Shown here in pieces: positions 48,823 to 58,755 of a stretch of 64,000 nt of DNA; within the stretch, counting starts at the first letter, position 1, and each line of letters opens with the position of its first letter. The position numbers were made by a program, and so were the translations under genes. Where the stretch lies: positions 62,001 through 126,000 of IMG/VR virus record IMGVR_UViG_3300042566_001512; one strand, given 5' to 3'. Below the pieces are notes generated by a model. That model searched no databases, was not told the DNA's origin, and was given only the letters and a program-made list of their open reading frames with translations.

Positions 48823-49109
48823 TGGAAAAATATACACCCCGCGCCTATTCCTTTGGCGGTACTGCTGCTCTAAACGTTGATTCTGTGGTATTGCTAAAAA
48901 ACGCGTACAAAAGAAGGCTACTTAAGATTAATGAAGATATACGAAAATGCAGGAAAGAAAATAGAGAAACAAAGACATTAAATGCTAAGAGAAAAATTGT
49001 TAATAGACAATTTAATCTGTTAGATCAGATGCAAAAGAAGTTCAACCCAGAATGCGTTGGTCAAAAAAACGCATACTTTAAACTGTTAGACCTTTACAAA
49101 AATGACTGA
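48819..49109 (+). CDS. Basic hypothetical protein
   Basis: ATGA overlap. Confidence 0.55.
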   Translation: MMEKYTPRAYSFGGTAALNVDSVVLLKNAYKRRLLKINEDIRKCRKENRETKTLNAKRKIVNRQFNLLDQMQKKFNPECVGQKNAYFKLLDLYKND

Positions 49110-49413
49110 AAAAATTTACTCGCACCTTCCTGCAGATCGGACCATAGTTTACACCGATAGGGAACTGGCCGTTTTTAAATACACTGTGGACGACGCACTG
49201 GAGGCGGCAAGGTCCATTCAAATGGACCGGACAGGTTCGCAGCTCAAGTTTGCTGATCGACATAAGAAACGGTATTCTCTGGTAAGCGGTTCTAAACTGA
49301 ACATCTCTCAGCACAACGCCGTCATTGCTGACGTCCTTCATCACGAAGCAGAGTATTCGCGTAGAGCTCAACATCTAGAGCCGGTAAACCGATTTCATTC
49401 CCCCAGGTATTGA
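49102..49413 (+). CDS. Hypothetical protein
   Basis: Coupled 103-aa ORF. Confidence 0.55.
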   Translation: MTEKIYSHLPADRTIVYTDRELAVFKYTVDDALEAARSIQMDRTGSQLKFADRHKKRYSLVSGSKLNISQHNAVIADVLHHEAEYSRRAQHLEPVNRFHSPRY

Positions 49414-49446
49414 TATCTAGATAATCTTTTTAATTAAAGATTAAAC

Positions 49447-49482
49447 GTCATATAGCCCCTGGTACACCAGGGGCTATATGAC
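49447..49482. terminator. Hairpin between convergent genes
   Basis: GTCATATAGCCCCTGGT-AC-ACCAGGGGCTATATGAC. Confidence 0.75.
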
Positions 49483-49491
49483 AATCAACAT

Positions 49492-50805
49492 TTACCAGCC
49501 GGCATAGTTAGGGATACTTTTGCCGTAACTCAGTAAAGCGGCGCAGAGCCGTTTTTGCTTATTGTACTCAACGGGATCTATTTTGTTTACTGTGAAGTTT
49601 TTTTCTTGATCAACAGATCCTTTGTGTTTGTCTCTGTCGAACTTTACAACCGCAAAATAAAAACCTTTTTCTAAATAAATATTTGGGCTAAATTTAATGC
49701 CTTCTTGTTTGTGTATTTCGATATATAATTCAAAAGTAGGAGAAGGTAAACTGCCGGATACTGACTCGTATGTTATTTTCGAAACAAATAGTTTACCTAT
49801 TTTTCTAGGAACATATTCCGCTGTTTCTTTGTTGTAGTACACTAACCAATGTTCTTGACTTCTCTGTGAATCGAACACTAGCTTTTCGTTTGGAAACAAG
49901 CAGTGGTTAAAAGACATTTCGCAAATGTCGTAACCTCCCCTAAATCCTGTTTTATCTAAAGTATTTTGTTTTGTTCCGGAAATCAAATCGTCCTCTGCTC
50001 TGGCGTAGCCTATCAGACATCCGATTATATTTGGTGATACTGTAATTCTGGCAGTGGTGTTATTTTCATTTTGCGCTGCAGAACGAGGCATCATTGGTAT
50101 GAATTTATCTGGAGTTTGTTTGTCTATATGTAGCATATAGTCCTGACCCAGTTCCTGGGAGCTTACTATTTTACTATTAGACTGAACTTCTTTAGACTGT
50201 AGACTAAACCATTTGTAAAAATCATCTCTATCTGCATCTGGCAACTGCTCCTGCGATTGAGTGGGGTGCTCTAACCCGAATTGATAACTTTCTTGAGAGA
50301 CGCTAGTAGTTGGTTTTTGTTTATAACTATACATTATCTTCTGTTTCCAAGTTGTGGGAACTTCGTTTAGAGTTATGTCAACTACTTGTACCGTATCCCA
50401 CATTTGCAAGAATTTATCTAGCGAATAAACTACTGGCAGCCCAAACTGTGCAGAAGTCACGTCGTATACGGTGTCACCTACCAGCACCACAACGTGACCG
50501 CCCCTGTTGGATAACTTATTTCCGTTATTAATGAATTGCTTTTTTACTTTACCGTGAAAATCGTTCGACGTTGGAAAGTTTTCAACTAGCTTCTTAAAAT
50601 GTAATTTAGACGAGTTACCCATAGCGTTGTCGCTTAGGTATTTTCCGTACAGAAGTTTATATTCTATTTTAAGTTGTTTTAATTTCTCTGTTAAAAGAAT
50701 ACTGGCAGCAGCGCAATATCCAAGACCGGAGTTTTTGACAAAGCGCTCGTCGTTTTTCTTTAGCGAAAAAATTAAATTTGTAATAGTTGTTTTATGGTTT
50801 CTCAT
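49492..50805 (-). CDS. Two-domain protein: transglutaminase-like N-terminus plus jumbo-phage virion-type domain
   Basis: GYCAAAS / GGHVVVLV / VYDVT putative triad; SQES-GLE linker; ends PNYAGW. Confidence 0.5.
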   Translation of the reverse strand: MRNHKTTITNLIFSLKKNDERFVKNSGLGYCAAASILLTEKLKQLKIEYKLLYGKYLSDNAMGNSSKLHFKKLVENFPTSNDFHGKVKKQFINNGNKLSNRGGHVVVLVGDTVYDVTSAQFGLPVVYSLDKFLQMWDTVQVVDITLNEVPTTWKQKIMYSYKQKPTTSVSQESYQFGLEHPTQSQEQLPDADRDDFYKWFSLQSKEVQSNSKIVSSQELGQDYMLHIDKQTPDKFIPMMPRSAAQNENNTTARITVSPNIIGCLIGYARAEDDLISGTKQNTLDKTGFRGGYDICEMSFNHCLFPNEKLVFDSQRSQEHWLVYYNKETAEYVPRKIGKLFVSKITYESVSGSLPSPTFELYIEIHKQEGIKFSPNIYLEKGFYFAVVKFDRDKHKGSVDQEKNFTVNKIDPVEYNKQKRLCAALLSYGKSIPNYAGW

Positions 50806-50868
50806 TTGCTTTCTCTTACTCTTTTGTAAAAAAGATTATTCATAGGATTCCAAAGAATAAAGTCTATT

Positions 50869-51591
50869 GTGGGTGAAGTTAATATATATTTGAAAACAAG
50901 CTCAGATATAATCAAAAGGAATAAAGTGTACAAAACTAACGAACACGAATCGCCGAATACCCAAGAAAACGGACAGGTTTGCAGGGTGCTGATAAAAGAA
51001 GGAAGTTCAATCTCACAAGATCGTTATTTTGGAAAATGGCCAAGCCAAGCAAACGGAAAACCGGTAGATGCCAATGTCGTATTTAACGCAAAATGGTCAG
51101 GCGATCACTGGGAGTGCACCCGTTATGGCTTTGGCCAAATAAAAGGAGGGATGGATAGTTATGGCAACGGAGCCATTTACTGCTATGGATTAGAGAGCGT
51201 TCGGATTATTGAAAATACACAAACTACACTACCGTCTAAACACGATAAACATGCTCCGGTAGTGAACTACATATACACCCTAAAAGAAGTAACAGAATTA
51301 CTCCTAAGGGATAATCCGGCTCTCATCATAAGCAACGAAGGGGTAGTGCAAAGTAGCCACGTAACGGATCAGGAACTCCTTAGTGTACCCGGTATACAGG
51401 AAACCAAATGGAGGTTCATAAGAGAGACCAAAGAATGGATTCCTGTTTTTAAATATTGCTCAGAGCAGCCATGGCGAGATTTCTTTGATTGTGAACCTTA
51501 TGTAGATCCGTATCAAAAATATGATTGCGACGGACAAGAAAGATCCCTGCTTTGGATCACCCCAAAAGGATTTCCTAGAGATCAATCCTGA
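50869..51591 (+). CDS. Hypothetical protein
   Basis: 240-aa ORF; start uncertain. Confidence 0.55.
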   Translation: MGEVNIYLKTSSDIIKRNKVYKTNEHESPNTQENGQVCRVLIKEGSSISQDRYFGKWPSQANGKPVDANVVFNAKWSGDHWECTRYGFGQIKGGMDSYGNGAIYCYGLESVRIIENTQTTLPSKHDKHAPVVNYIYTLKEVTELLLRDNPALIISNEGVVQSSHVTDQELLSVPGIQETKWRFIRETKEWIPVFKYCSEQPWRDFFDCEPYVDPYQKYDCDGQERSLLWITPKGFPRDQS

Positions 51592-51630
51592 TTTTGAAAT
51601 TATTTAAATTTTTAAACACGATAAACAGCC

Positions 51631-52128
51631 ATGAACTTTATTAAAAGAATGCTTATTTCTTTCCTTAACAAAGAGATCGAAGCAATTAAAGAAGATTATC
51701 TCAATTCTTCGCTGTCTGTTAAAATTAGAGAACGAGACCATAATAAAGAAGTAGAAAAGCAGGCCACTCAGCGATCTATCATGATTGACGAAATTGGTCA
51801 AAAGGTCATTTACTGCAGCAACGAATGGGAGGATCCTCTATTTGGTACAATCGTGGGAGTCACTGAGTTAGAGTCGTATTGCCAGCAAATGTACATCGTT
51901 GAAAACGCGCTAACTAAAACTCATCACCGTTGTTTTTATCGCACTTTACTCACCGCTGACGAAAAGATGGTTGATGCGGTTCTCAAGCTCAATCCGTTTG
52001 AGAGGTGGAACATGGGATTTAAAAACTACCTAAGAAGCAATCTCTGGTCTAAGAGCTATCCTCCACATTCGGAGATTACTGATCCGCATATTCTAAAACA
52101 AATGCTAAAAGAAGTTCATTTTATTTAA
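51631..52128 (+). CDS. Hypothetical protein
   Basis: 165-aa ORF. Confidence 0.65.
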   Translation: MNFIKRMLISFLNKEIEAIKEDYLNSSLSVKIRERDHNKEVEKQATQRSIMIDEIGQKVIYCSNEWEDPLFGTIVGVTELESYCQQMYIVENALTKTHHRCFYRTLLTADEKMVDAVLKLNPFERWNMGFKNYLRSNLWSKSYPPHSEITDPHILKQMLKEVHFI

Positions 52129-52313
52129 TCTCGTATATCTGGTTCTCAATTAAAAACATTTTTATAAATAGATAGGTGGTGGCAAACGCCACCACCTATC
52201 TATTATTTTTTATTATTAAGATTAATTTACCAGAGTTCTGTATTATGTGCCAAAATCAGACCAACAGAGTCTGGTTCTACCGTATTTAAACAAATTAAAC
52301 AGGAACTTCGCCC

Positions 52314-53852
52314 ATGGATGACAGACTCATACTGGTAAAGTGCGTTACATTGCTGTACAGAGAAAGTCTTATACCAGAGAAGACAGAAAATAGCTCAGAT
52401 CTTGTGCGCACTATACTGGAGGAGATTAAGTTACCGGAATATAACTTATCTATAAACCACGACAGAGATCTTCTTTCTTCTTTGAAGGACACAGCTCTGT
52501 ACATGTGCGCTAATCCGGTGGACTATATCTACGAAAAAGAAGAACTGCTTCAGAGACTTAAAGTAAACTGCTCTACAGATATCAAGATATACGAAGCCCT
52601 AGAGCAGGGAATTAAGAAGGACATGGATGAGGGCAGTTTAAAAAGAACTATTTTAAATATACGCAAATACATCAATGACGTATTTAGAGAAAACGAAATA
52701 GTAAAGATAGTAAAAGACGCTTCAGTCTCTGTTAACTTTAACAGGGACAAGATAAAGAGCATGCGTACTTTTGTTAGTGACCTTTGCTCTCGTCTAGAGC
52801 CGTATCAGATAGAGGCCAATAGAACGGACCCGGCCATCGTTTCATCGGTGGACGTAGGCGATACCGGCTCCTTGTCGAATGTGTTTAACGAAATCAAGGA
52901 AATGGCGGATTCCTCTGGTTTATTGGTTACTGGTTGGCAGGGTCTAAATGAAATGCTGCAGGGCGGAATTAGGCCCGGCGAGCAGATAGTATTGCCTGCC
53001 CTTCAGCACAAGTACAAGACGGGCTTTACGCTTTCTTTGTTTAAACAGCTATGCATTTACAATAAACCCAAATTAAGAGACCCTAAGAAGAAACCTTGCT
53101 TAATTAGAATTTCTTTTGAGGACTCTCTTGCAAACAACCTACAGTTTCTTTACAATAACCTACACTTCAATGAAACTGGGCGGTTGGCCGATATAAAGAA
53201 CACCAGCATTGGCGCCATGGCTTCTTACGTTAGAGAAAAGCTCAGCGTAAATGGCTGGTCAATTAAGATGCTTCGGGTCAACGCAAGCGAGTGGACGTAT
53301 AAAGACTTGCATAATTACATCCTAGAGCTCGAAGCCGAAGGATACGAGATACATGCTTGCATAGTAGACTATCTTCCTATGATGCCAACCACCGGATGCG
53401 AAGAAGGCCCTGCTGGTCATTCACTAAGAGATCTTTATAGAAGAACACGAAACTTTTTCTCCGCAAGACGCATTGCTCTTATAACCCCTCACCAGCTATC
53501 CACGGACGCAAAACAGCTCATCAGAGACGGAAGACAAGACTTTGTCAAACTTCTTCCTGGCATGGGATACTACGCAGGTAGTAAACAAATAGATCAAGAA
53601 GTCGATGTGGAAGTGTTTCTGCATATTGAGAAATTTAACAATATGTCGTTCCTTACATTGCAAAGAGGAAAACACCGTGGACTCGAAGCGCTGGAAGAAA
53701 CAGCAAAATACATGGTTCTGCCATTTCCAAAGGTTGGTCCTATACCTGATGATCTTGGTAAACCAGCAATACATTCACGAAAGTTAGGCGGTGGACCGGT
53801 GGGCTCAGGAGAAGAGACCCCGTTTTTCATGTTCGATGACTCCGCTAAATAA
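52314..53852 (+). CDS. dnaB: DnaB-like replicative helicase (phiKZ gp118-like)
   Basis: TGWQGLNEMLQGG, ALQHKYKTG, SFED, IVDY, HQLS and QRGKHRG. Confidence 0.85.
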   Translation: MDDRLILVKCVTLLYRESLIPEKTENSSDLVRTILEEIKLPEYNLSINHDRDLLSSLKDTALYMCANPVDYIYEKEELLQRLKVNCSTDIKIYEALEQGIKKDMDEGSLKRTILNIRKYINDVFRENEIVKIVKDASVSVNFNRDKIKSMRTFVSDLCSRLEPYQIEANRTDPAIVSSVDVGDTGSLSNVFNEIKEMADSSGLLVTGWQGLNEMLQGGIRPGEQIVLPALQHKYKTGFTLSLFKQLCIYNKPKLRDPKKKPCLIRISFEDSLANNLQFLYNNLHFNETGRLADIKNTSIGAMASYVREKLSVNGWSIKMLRVNASEWTYKDLHNYILELEAEGYEIHACIVDYLPMMPTTGCEEGPAGHSLRDLYRRTRNFFSARRIALITPHQLSTDAKQLIRDGRQDFVKLLPGMGYYAGSKQIDQEVDVEVFLHIEKFNNMSFLTLQRGKHRGLEALEETAKYMVLPFPKVGPIPDDLGKPAIHSRKLGGGPVGSGEETPFFMFDDSAK

Positions 53853-53992
53853 GTCAGTTTGGTTCAATATCGCAGAGGAAAGCTATTATTTGTATGATAG
53901 CCGGTTCCTAAAAACTATACCGTTATGGGGCTGAGATATTATGTAGTTGTTATAAACGATAGTTCTTCTCTATTATAGAGAAAGGTTAATGT

Positions 53993-54538
53993 ATGAGTCA
54001 CTCGAGAGACAAGTTTGTATTATTTGTGCCGCACTGGATAGCCAGGATACTGGATCGTGAAAAAATAAGTTATACAAAGTTGCTGAATCTGAGCCAGCTC
54101 AGAAGTCACTTATCCGTAGAGGATATAAGTATACTTTATTGGCTAAATATTAACCATCCTTTATTCTCTGGGTCAGATGGCCAAGAATATGGCGACATGA
54201 TGTTGTCCAGAGTGTGGAAAAGAATAGAAGACAGAGAGTACGTTATAAATAAAATAGTTCCTATGGAAATCATCGCCAAGGACGCTATTGCCTCTCGACT
54301 TCGCACGGTTAATGAATCTAGCACTGACCAGCCAGCATTTAAGATAAATGTGGTGAGCGAAGTGGACATCGTAATAGTAGTAACTGTGTTTCCTGGAGGA
54401 GATTCTAATAATTTAACAGCGCTGAGTTCCGAATTGCTGAAACTATTGTATGCACATACTGGATATGATGATATGGCGCGCAGTCATTTGTTTAAAGGCT
54501 ACATTGAGCGATTAGCCTTGGCTAACAATGCGCTATAA
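53993..54538 (+). CDS. Conserved hypothetical protein between helicase and capsid genes
   Basis: 181 aa; syntenic position. Confidence 0.65.
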   Translation: MSHSRDKFVLFVPHWIARILDREKISYTKLLNLSQLRSHLSVEDISILYWLNINHPLFSGSDGQEYGDMMLSRVWKRIEDREYVINKIVPMEIIAKDAIASRLRTVNESSTDQPAFKINVVSEVDIVIVVTVFPGGDSNNLTALSSELLKLLYAHTGYDDMARSHLFKGYIERLALANNAL

Positions 54539-54608
54539 ATGTGTATTTTTCTTTTTCGTTTGTCAATAGTCCCCAACCGTTTTTAATTTTTAATAGAAGG
54601 ATAAAGTC

Positions 54609-56804
54609 ATGAATTTCCGTGATATGCTGTCTAGCAAGCCTCAAGAGCAGTCTCCACTTAGTATCATTATTAGTGCGCTGCGTAACGACCTAAGCAACGT
54701 CCCAGGCCGGCAAGTCGTCCCCGAGCAAGTCGCCTCTTCGATGATCTCGATGGAGAGCATGAGCTTCTCGGTTCAAAACGAAGCCCAAGCCGCTTTCGAC
54801 ACGCTCAAGACTATCCAGCGCAGTGTTGCCCAAGCAGCCGGCCTGGGTAACCTCAGCGTTTCTCAAGAGCAAGCCTCTAACCTGGCTGCCGTTTACGCCA
54901 CCAACCCTCGCGCATACGCCGGCTCCAAGCTTCGTGTAGGCGCCGATGCAATGCGTTCGATGGCTGACACCTTCACCACTGTGTCCATCAGCAGTGAAGG
55001 TTCGGCTCCCGTCGTTAGCATGGAGGCATACGACAACAAAGCCAACGACAACATCGCCGCTTTCTCGTACGCATACAACATGCAAGCCGCTCGCCAAGAC
55101 GAAGCAGGTGAGCTGTTCTTCCCGACCATCGTCCAAACCCCTGACATGGCCGGCCTTTCGATCGCCACCCGACTATTTAACGTTCAGGACGATGCCAAAC
55201 GAAACATCAATGGCTCGCTGACCAACTTTAACCGTACCAACATTCTAAAGGCAGTTGTTGACGCAACCGTTCTTCGCAACGACCAGACCGAAATCGTTCC
55301 GGTTGTTCGCACTGGCGGCGGTGCCTCTGACACTACCGCATATTTCGTTAACTCTGCCGACGTTGCTCCCTATGCTCGTATAGTTGACAACACCTCGGTT
55401 ACCACCGCTCCTCTGGCTGTCGGTAAGAGCTTCTCGCTTCTGGGCGTTTCCCAGCGCGATGCACTGATCGCTAACGGCGCCCTGGATTACACCGACTCGA
55501 TCGACACCGCTAGACTGAGCGCAGTCTACATCAAGATCGCCGCTGGCGCTGACCCCGTCGCCGTTCCTGCTGCGGTTATTCGCGTGGACGTTTCGGATCT
55601 CGCAACCAGCGATTTCGAGTACACCATTCAGGGTAACACCCGTAAGCTGAACCTGAACTTCTCGACCAAGTCGATCAAGATCTCGTCGGCCACCACTAAC
55701 ACCGCTGGCGCCGTACCTGCACAATTCACCGCCCTGGGCACTAACGTTGCTCGTCTGGGCCTGTCGATGTTTGGCTCGATCGTGCAAGATCTGGGCGATA
55801 CCGAACTTACCGCTGGCGCCATCGCCGTGGCTAAGGTCTCTAACGCCGCTGGCCAGGTCCTGGATCTGACTACTGGCACTGGTGCTACTGTGGCTGGCGT
55901 GTTTGCTGGTGCCACCGTTATCGGCTACGATCTGAAGTCCTACTTCAGCAACACCAACAAGCGTCAGCGCGGCCAGCTTCTGGATACCCAAGAAGTTCGT
56001 CAACTGTACAACATTCCTCTGCTGCCCCCGATTTCTGTTCTGCGTCCCCTGAGCGAGTCGGAGTCCAACGATGCTGCAATGCTGAACGGCCTGGTCACCA
56101 CCACCCGCATTCGTTGCAGTAACTCGGCAGTTACCGCTCTTCTGGCTGCTCGACAGTCCCTGAAGAATTACGTTAACGCCGCTGACAGCTACACCCAAGC
56201 CCCTGATGCTTTCGGCATTGGTCGCCACATTGTCAACGCCGCTTACGAAGAAGACTCGGTCGACGTTGCTGCTCTGATTGACAGCATCAAAACCAGCGAT
56301 CGCGTGGAAGACCTGCGTGCCCTGCTGATCAACAAGATCCGCGACATGGCAGCCACCCTCTACGTCAAGTCTTCGTATAAGGCTGCTTCTGACGCAATGC
56401 ATGACGGTGCCGATGTCAAACCCACCGTGATCATTGTCACCACTACCTACATCGCTACCTACCTGAACCTGGTTGGCGACACCCGTATGCTGGGCGACCT
56501 GTTCGACGTTAAGCTGGCTATCACTCTCGACAGCCGCATGGAAGGCAAGCTGATCTTCAGCTTTGGCCAGGAAGCGGCACTCAATAGCGGTGTTCCTAAC
56601 CCGCTGCACTTCGGCATGATGGGCTATCGCCCTGAACTGACCGTCATGATGCCCGTTACCCGCGGTGGCTCCACCAGCATGGAACTGACTGTTCAACCGT
56701 CGTTCCGTCACGTGGTGAACTGCCCCATCATGGGCTATCTGGAGATCTCTAACATCGACGCAGTCGTCGCATCCAAGGTCGCCATCAATACTAACGCCGT
56801 TTAA
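54609..56804 (+). CDS. Major capsid protein (phiKZ gp120-like)
   Basis: 731 aa; SME cleavage motifs, ARQDEAGELFFPTIV, NPLHFG...PEL and QPSFRHVVNCP; strong GC-rich codon bias. Confidence 0.9.
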   Translation: MNFRDMLSSKPQEQSPLSIIISALRNDLSNVPGRQVVPEQVASSMISMESMSFSVQNEAQAAFDTLKTIQRSVAQAAGLGNLSVSQEQASNLAAVYATNPRAYAGSKLRVGADAMRSMADTFTTVSISSEGSAPVVSMEAYDNKANDNIAAFSYAYNMQAARQDEAGELFFPTIVQTPDMAGLSIATRLFNVQDDAKRNINGSLTNFNRTNILKAVVDATVLRNDQTEIVPVVRTGGGASDTTAYFVNSADVAPYARIVDNTSVTTAPLAVGKSFSLLGVSQRDALIANGALDYTDSIDTARLSAVYIKIAAGADPVAVPAAVIRVDVSDLATSDFEYTIQGNTRKLNLNFSTKSIKISSATTNTAGAVPAQFTALGTNVARLGLSMFGSIVQDLGDTELTAGAIAVAKVSNAAGQVLDLTTGTGATVAGVFAGATVIGYDLKSYFSNTNKRQRGQLLDTQEVRQLYNIPLLPPISVLRPLSESESNDAAMLNGLVTTTRIRCSNSAVTALLAARQSLKNYVNAADSYTQAPDAFGIGRHIVNAAYEEDSVDVAALIDSIKTSDRVEDLRALLINKIRDMAATLYVKSSYKAASDAMHDGADVKPTVIIVTTTYIATYLNLVGDTRMLGDLFDVKLAITLDSRMEGKLIFSFGQEAALNSGVPNPLHFGMMGYRPELTVMMPVTRGGSTSMELTVQPSFRHVVNCPIMGYLEISNIDAVVASKVAINTNAV

Positions 56805-56859
56805 ACGCAGCGTTAAATCGACATGGGCGGGTGCTTAAGTCACCCATCTAATCGGTTGA

Positions 56860-56893
56860 ATAAATCCCGGGAGACTTGTCTCCCGGGATTTAT
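56860..56893. terminator. Hairpin after the capsid gene
   Basis: ATAAATCCCGGGAGAC-TT-GTCTCCCGGGATTTAT. Confidence 0.7.
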
Positions 56894-56976
56894 GATGTCG
56901 TATATTAATATACACGCCGAACATTTTGTAGTTAAAACATTAGTTTGTTATCTTTGTTAAATAAAATTTTAAACCC

Positions 56977-57201
56977 ATGGAAAACCTAAACGTAACAATT
57001 TACTTGCTTGCAATGTTAATAGTTTCTTCTTTCGGTGCCAACGAGTACAGAAATAAACCGCATGACTACGGTGGAAGAGTAGAGCTGTTTGCGTGGTGCC
57101 TAGTTGCCAGTATACCTTACTTGAATGTATTGCTTGCTTTGGCATGTACTCTGTTTATTGTAAGTACTTTTATATTAAATCTGATAAGAGACTATAGATA
57201 A
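56977..57201 (+). CDS. Small membrane protein
   Basis: Two hydrophobic segments. Confidence 0.55.
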   Translation: MENLNVTIYLLAMLIVSSFGANEYRNKPHDYGGRVELFAWCLVASIPYLNVLLALACTLFIVSTFILNLIRDYR

Positions 57202-57326
57202 AATGGAATTTAAAGAGTTTTTAATATAAACAGCATAAATGCCACGGAGAACACCGTGGCATTTATGCTGAATATTTTCTATTTATTTTTAGTCACATAT
57301 CACTACACTGTATCAATAAAAAAGGG

Positions 57327-58718
57327 GTGACAATGATTGATAAAGAAGTAGTTCCTCCGCTTTACGATAAAAAGAACATCAGAATAAGTTTGCATGTAGA
57401 AAATCCACATACCTACTTTGGAGTTCCGCACAACACGTCTAGTTCAATAGAGTTAATATCTCAGATGAACGAGTGCGACTATAAAGAAGAAATATACTAC
57501 ATGAATTATAGTCACAGACCAGTAACTATAATAAACAGAAACGGTCTAGCGGTTACGGTTCAGGAAAAAACCAGCCTGGCTACACGAGACGTTATAATTC
57601 GTAAAGTAATACATTTCAATAACTATAGTCTAAAATCTGCAATCTCTGCAATACAAATAAACACAGAGATAGACGACGTAGAGCTACTCGAGGTGAGAAA
57701 TGCTTTCCTTAATCTGGATAATCCCAGCACAAGAAAAGCTAGCGTTTTGATAGATTACAGGATATGCTCAGAATCCATCAAGAGCAAAGGCAATACGATA
57801 TATCACTATCAGACAGATTTATTGCTAACCTATAACGGTAACCTTACACACGCTGACCATCCGTATTGTGCACGGTTTTTAAATATAGGTGCTTTTGGTA
57901 TAACTAATTATTATCCAAAACAAAAAGAACTGAACTTTAAAATCAGATATGTCAATCATGACAGAAACGCCCAGCCTTTGTACATGAACATACTGGGTAA
58001 GATACACCTTATAAAGCCGCAAAAGGACTCTCCTGTAAGAAACATGAGGGTAAAGGACTCGTCTGGAAAATGGACTGATCGGACTTTTCATAATTACATA
58101 CAGCTGTTTTACAATTCAGAAAGCGACCCAGACATAATAGAGCCCACTGGCGTTACCCACGTAAAGTATAGTCTAGAGGAAGCTAAGCTAAAGTTTGGTT
58201 TGTACGATTCTTATTCTGAAGCCAGCAATAGCAAAACAACAGACTCTCTGAGAAAAGAAGAACTAATTAAACTTTCTCATGAGTTAGAGGTAATGAGACA
58301 CAGTAATTCGTTGGAGAGGCTTCAGGAAGAATCTAAACTAGAATCGATAAAGAACGATAATGCATTAAAAAAGCAAGAACTGGACAGACAATCTCTAGAA
58401 CTTAAATCCAAGCAAACTCAGCTGGAAACCGATCTATTGTCTTTAGATAATCAAAAGAGAATATTGGATATGTCAAGAAAACAAATGGAGGACTCTTTAG
58501 ATAGAGACAACAAGCGTTTTGACGAGACAATCAGAAGGATGAGGGCCGAGCACGAAGAATCGTTAAGGAACGAGGCTCAGCGCGCAAAGGAAATTTACGA
58601 GTCCAGATCGCAGGCAAGAAAAGATGCAGTGGACTTTATTAAATTTATACCGACGACCATTATAGGTATAGGTGCGATAGCTGCCCTTTATTTGAAAATG
58701 AGGGAAAAGAAAGCTTAG
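57327..58718 (+). CDS. Conserved jumbo-phage protein with C-terminal coiled coil and TM anchor
   Basis: Long E/K/L heptad region ending in FIPTTIIGIGAIAALYLK. Confidence 0.7.
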   Translation: MTMIDKEVVPPLYDKKNIRISLHVENPHTYFGVPHNTSSSIELISQMNECDYKEEIYYMNYSHRPVTIINRNGLAVTVQEKTSLATRDVIIRKVIHFNNYSLKSAISAIQINTEIDDVELLEVRNAFLNLDNPSTRKASVLIDYRICSESIKSKGNTIYHYQTDLLLTYNGNLTHADHPYCARFLNIGAFGITNYYPKQKELNFKIRYVNHDRNAQPLYMNILGKIHLIKPQKDSPVRNMRVKDSSGKWTDRTFHNYIQLFYNSESDPDIIEPTGVTHVKYSLEEAKLKFGLYDSYSEASNSKTTDSLRKEELIKLSHELEVMRHSNSLERLQEESKLESIKNDNALKKQELDRQSLELKSKQTQLETDLLSLDNQKRILDMSRKQMEDSLDRDNKRFDETIRRMRAEHEESLRNEAQRAKEIYESRSQARKDAVDFIKFIPTTIIGIGAIAALYLKMREKKA

Positions 58719-58755
58719 TACCGCCTATGAACTGTACCAAATACAAGGAATTTTA

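Noticed and set aside
55245-56711. 488-aa antisense ORF within the capsid gene
   Set aside because: Expected shadow of strongly biased GC-rich codons on the sense strand; no recognisable motifs or RBS.
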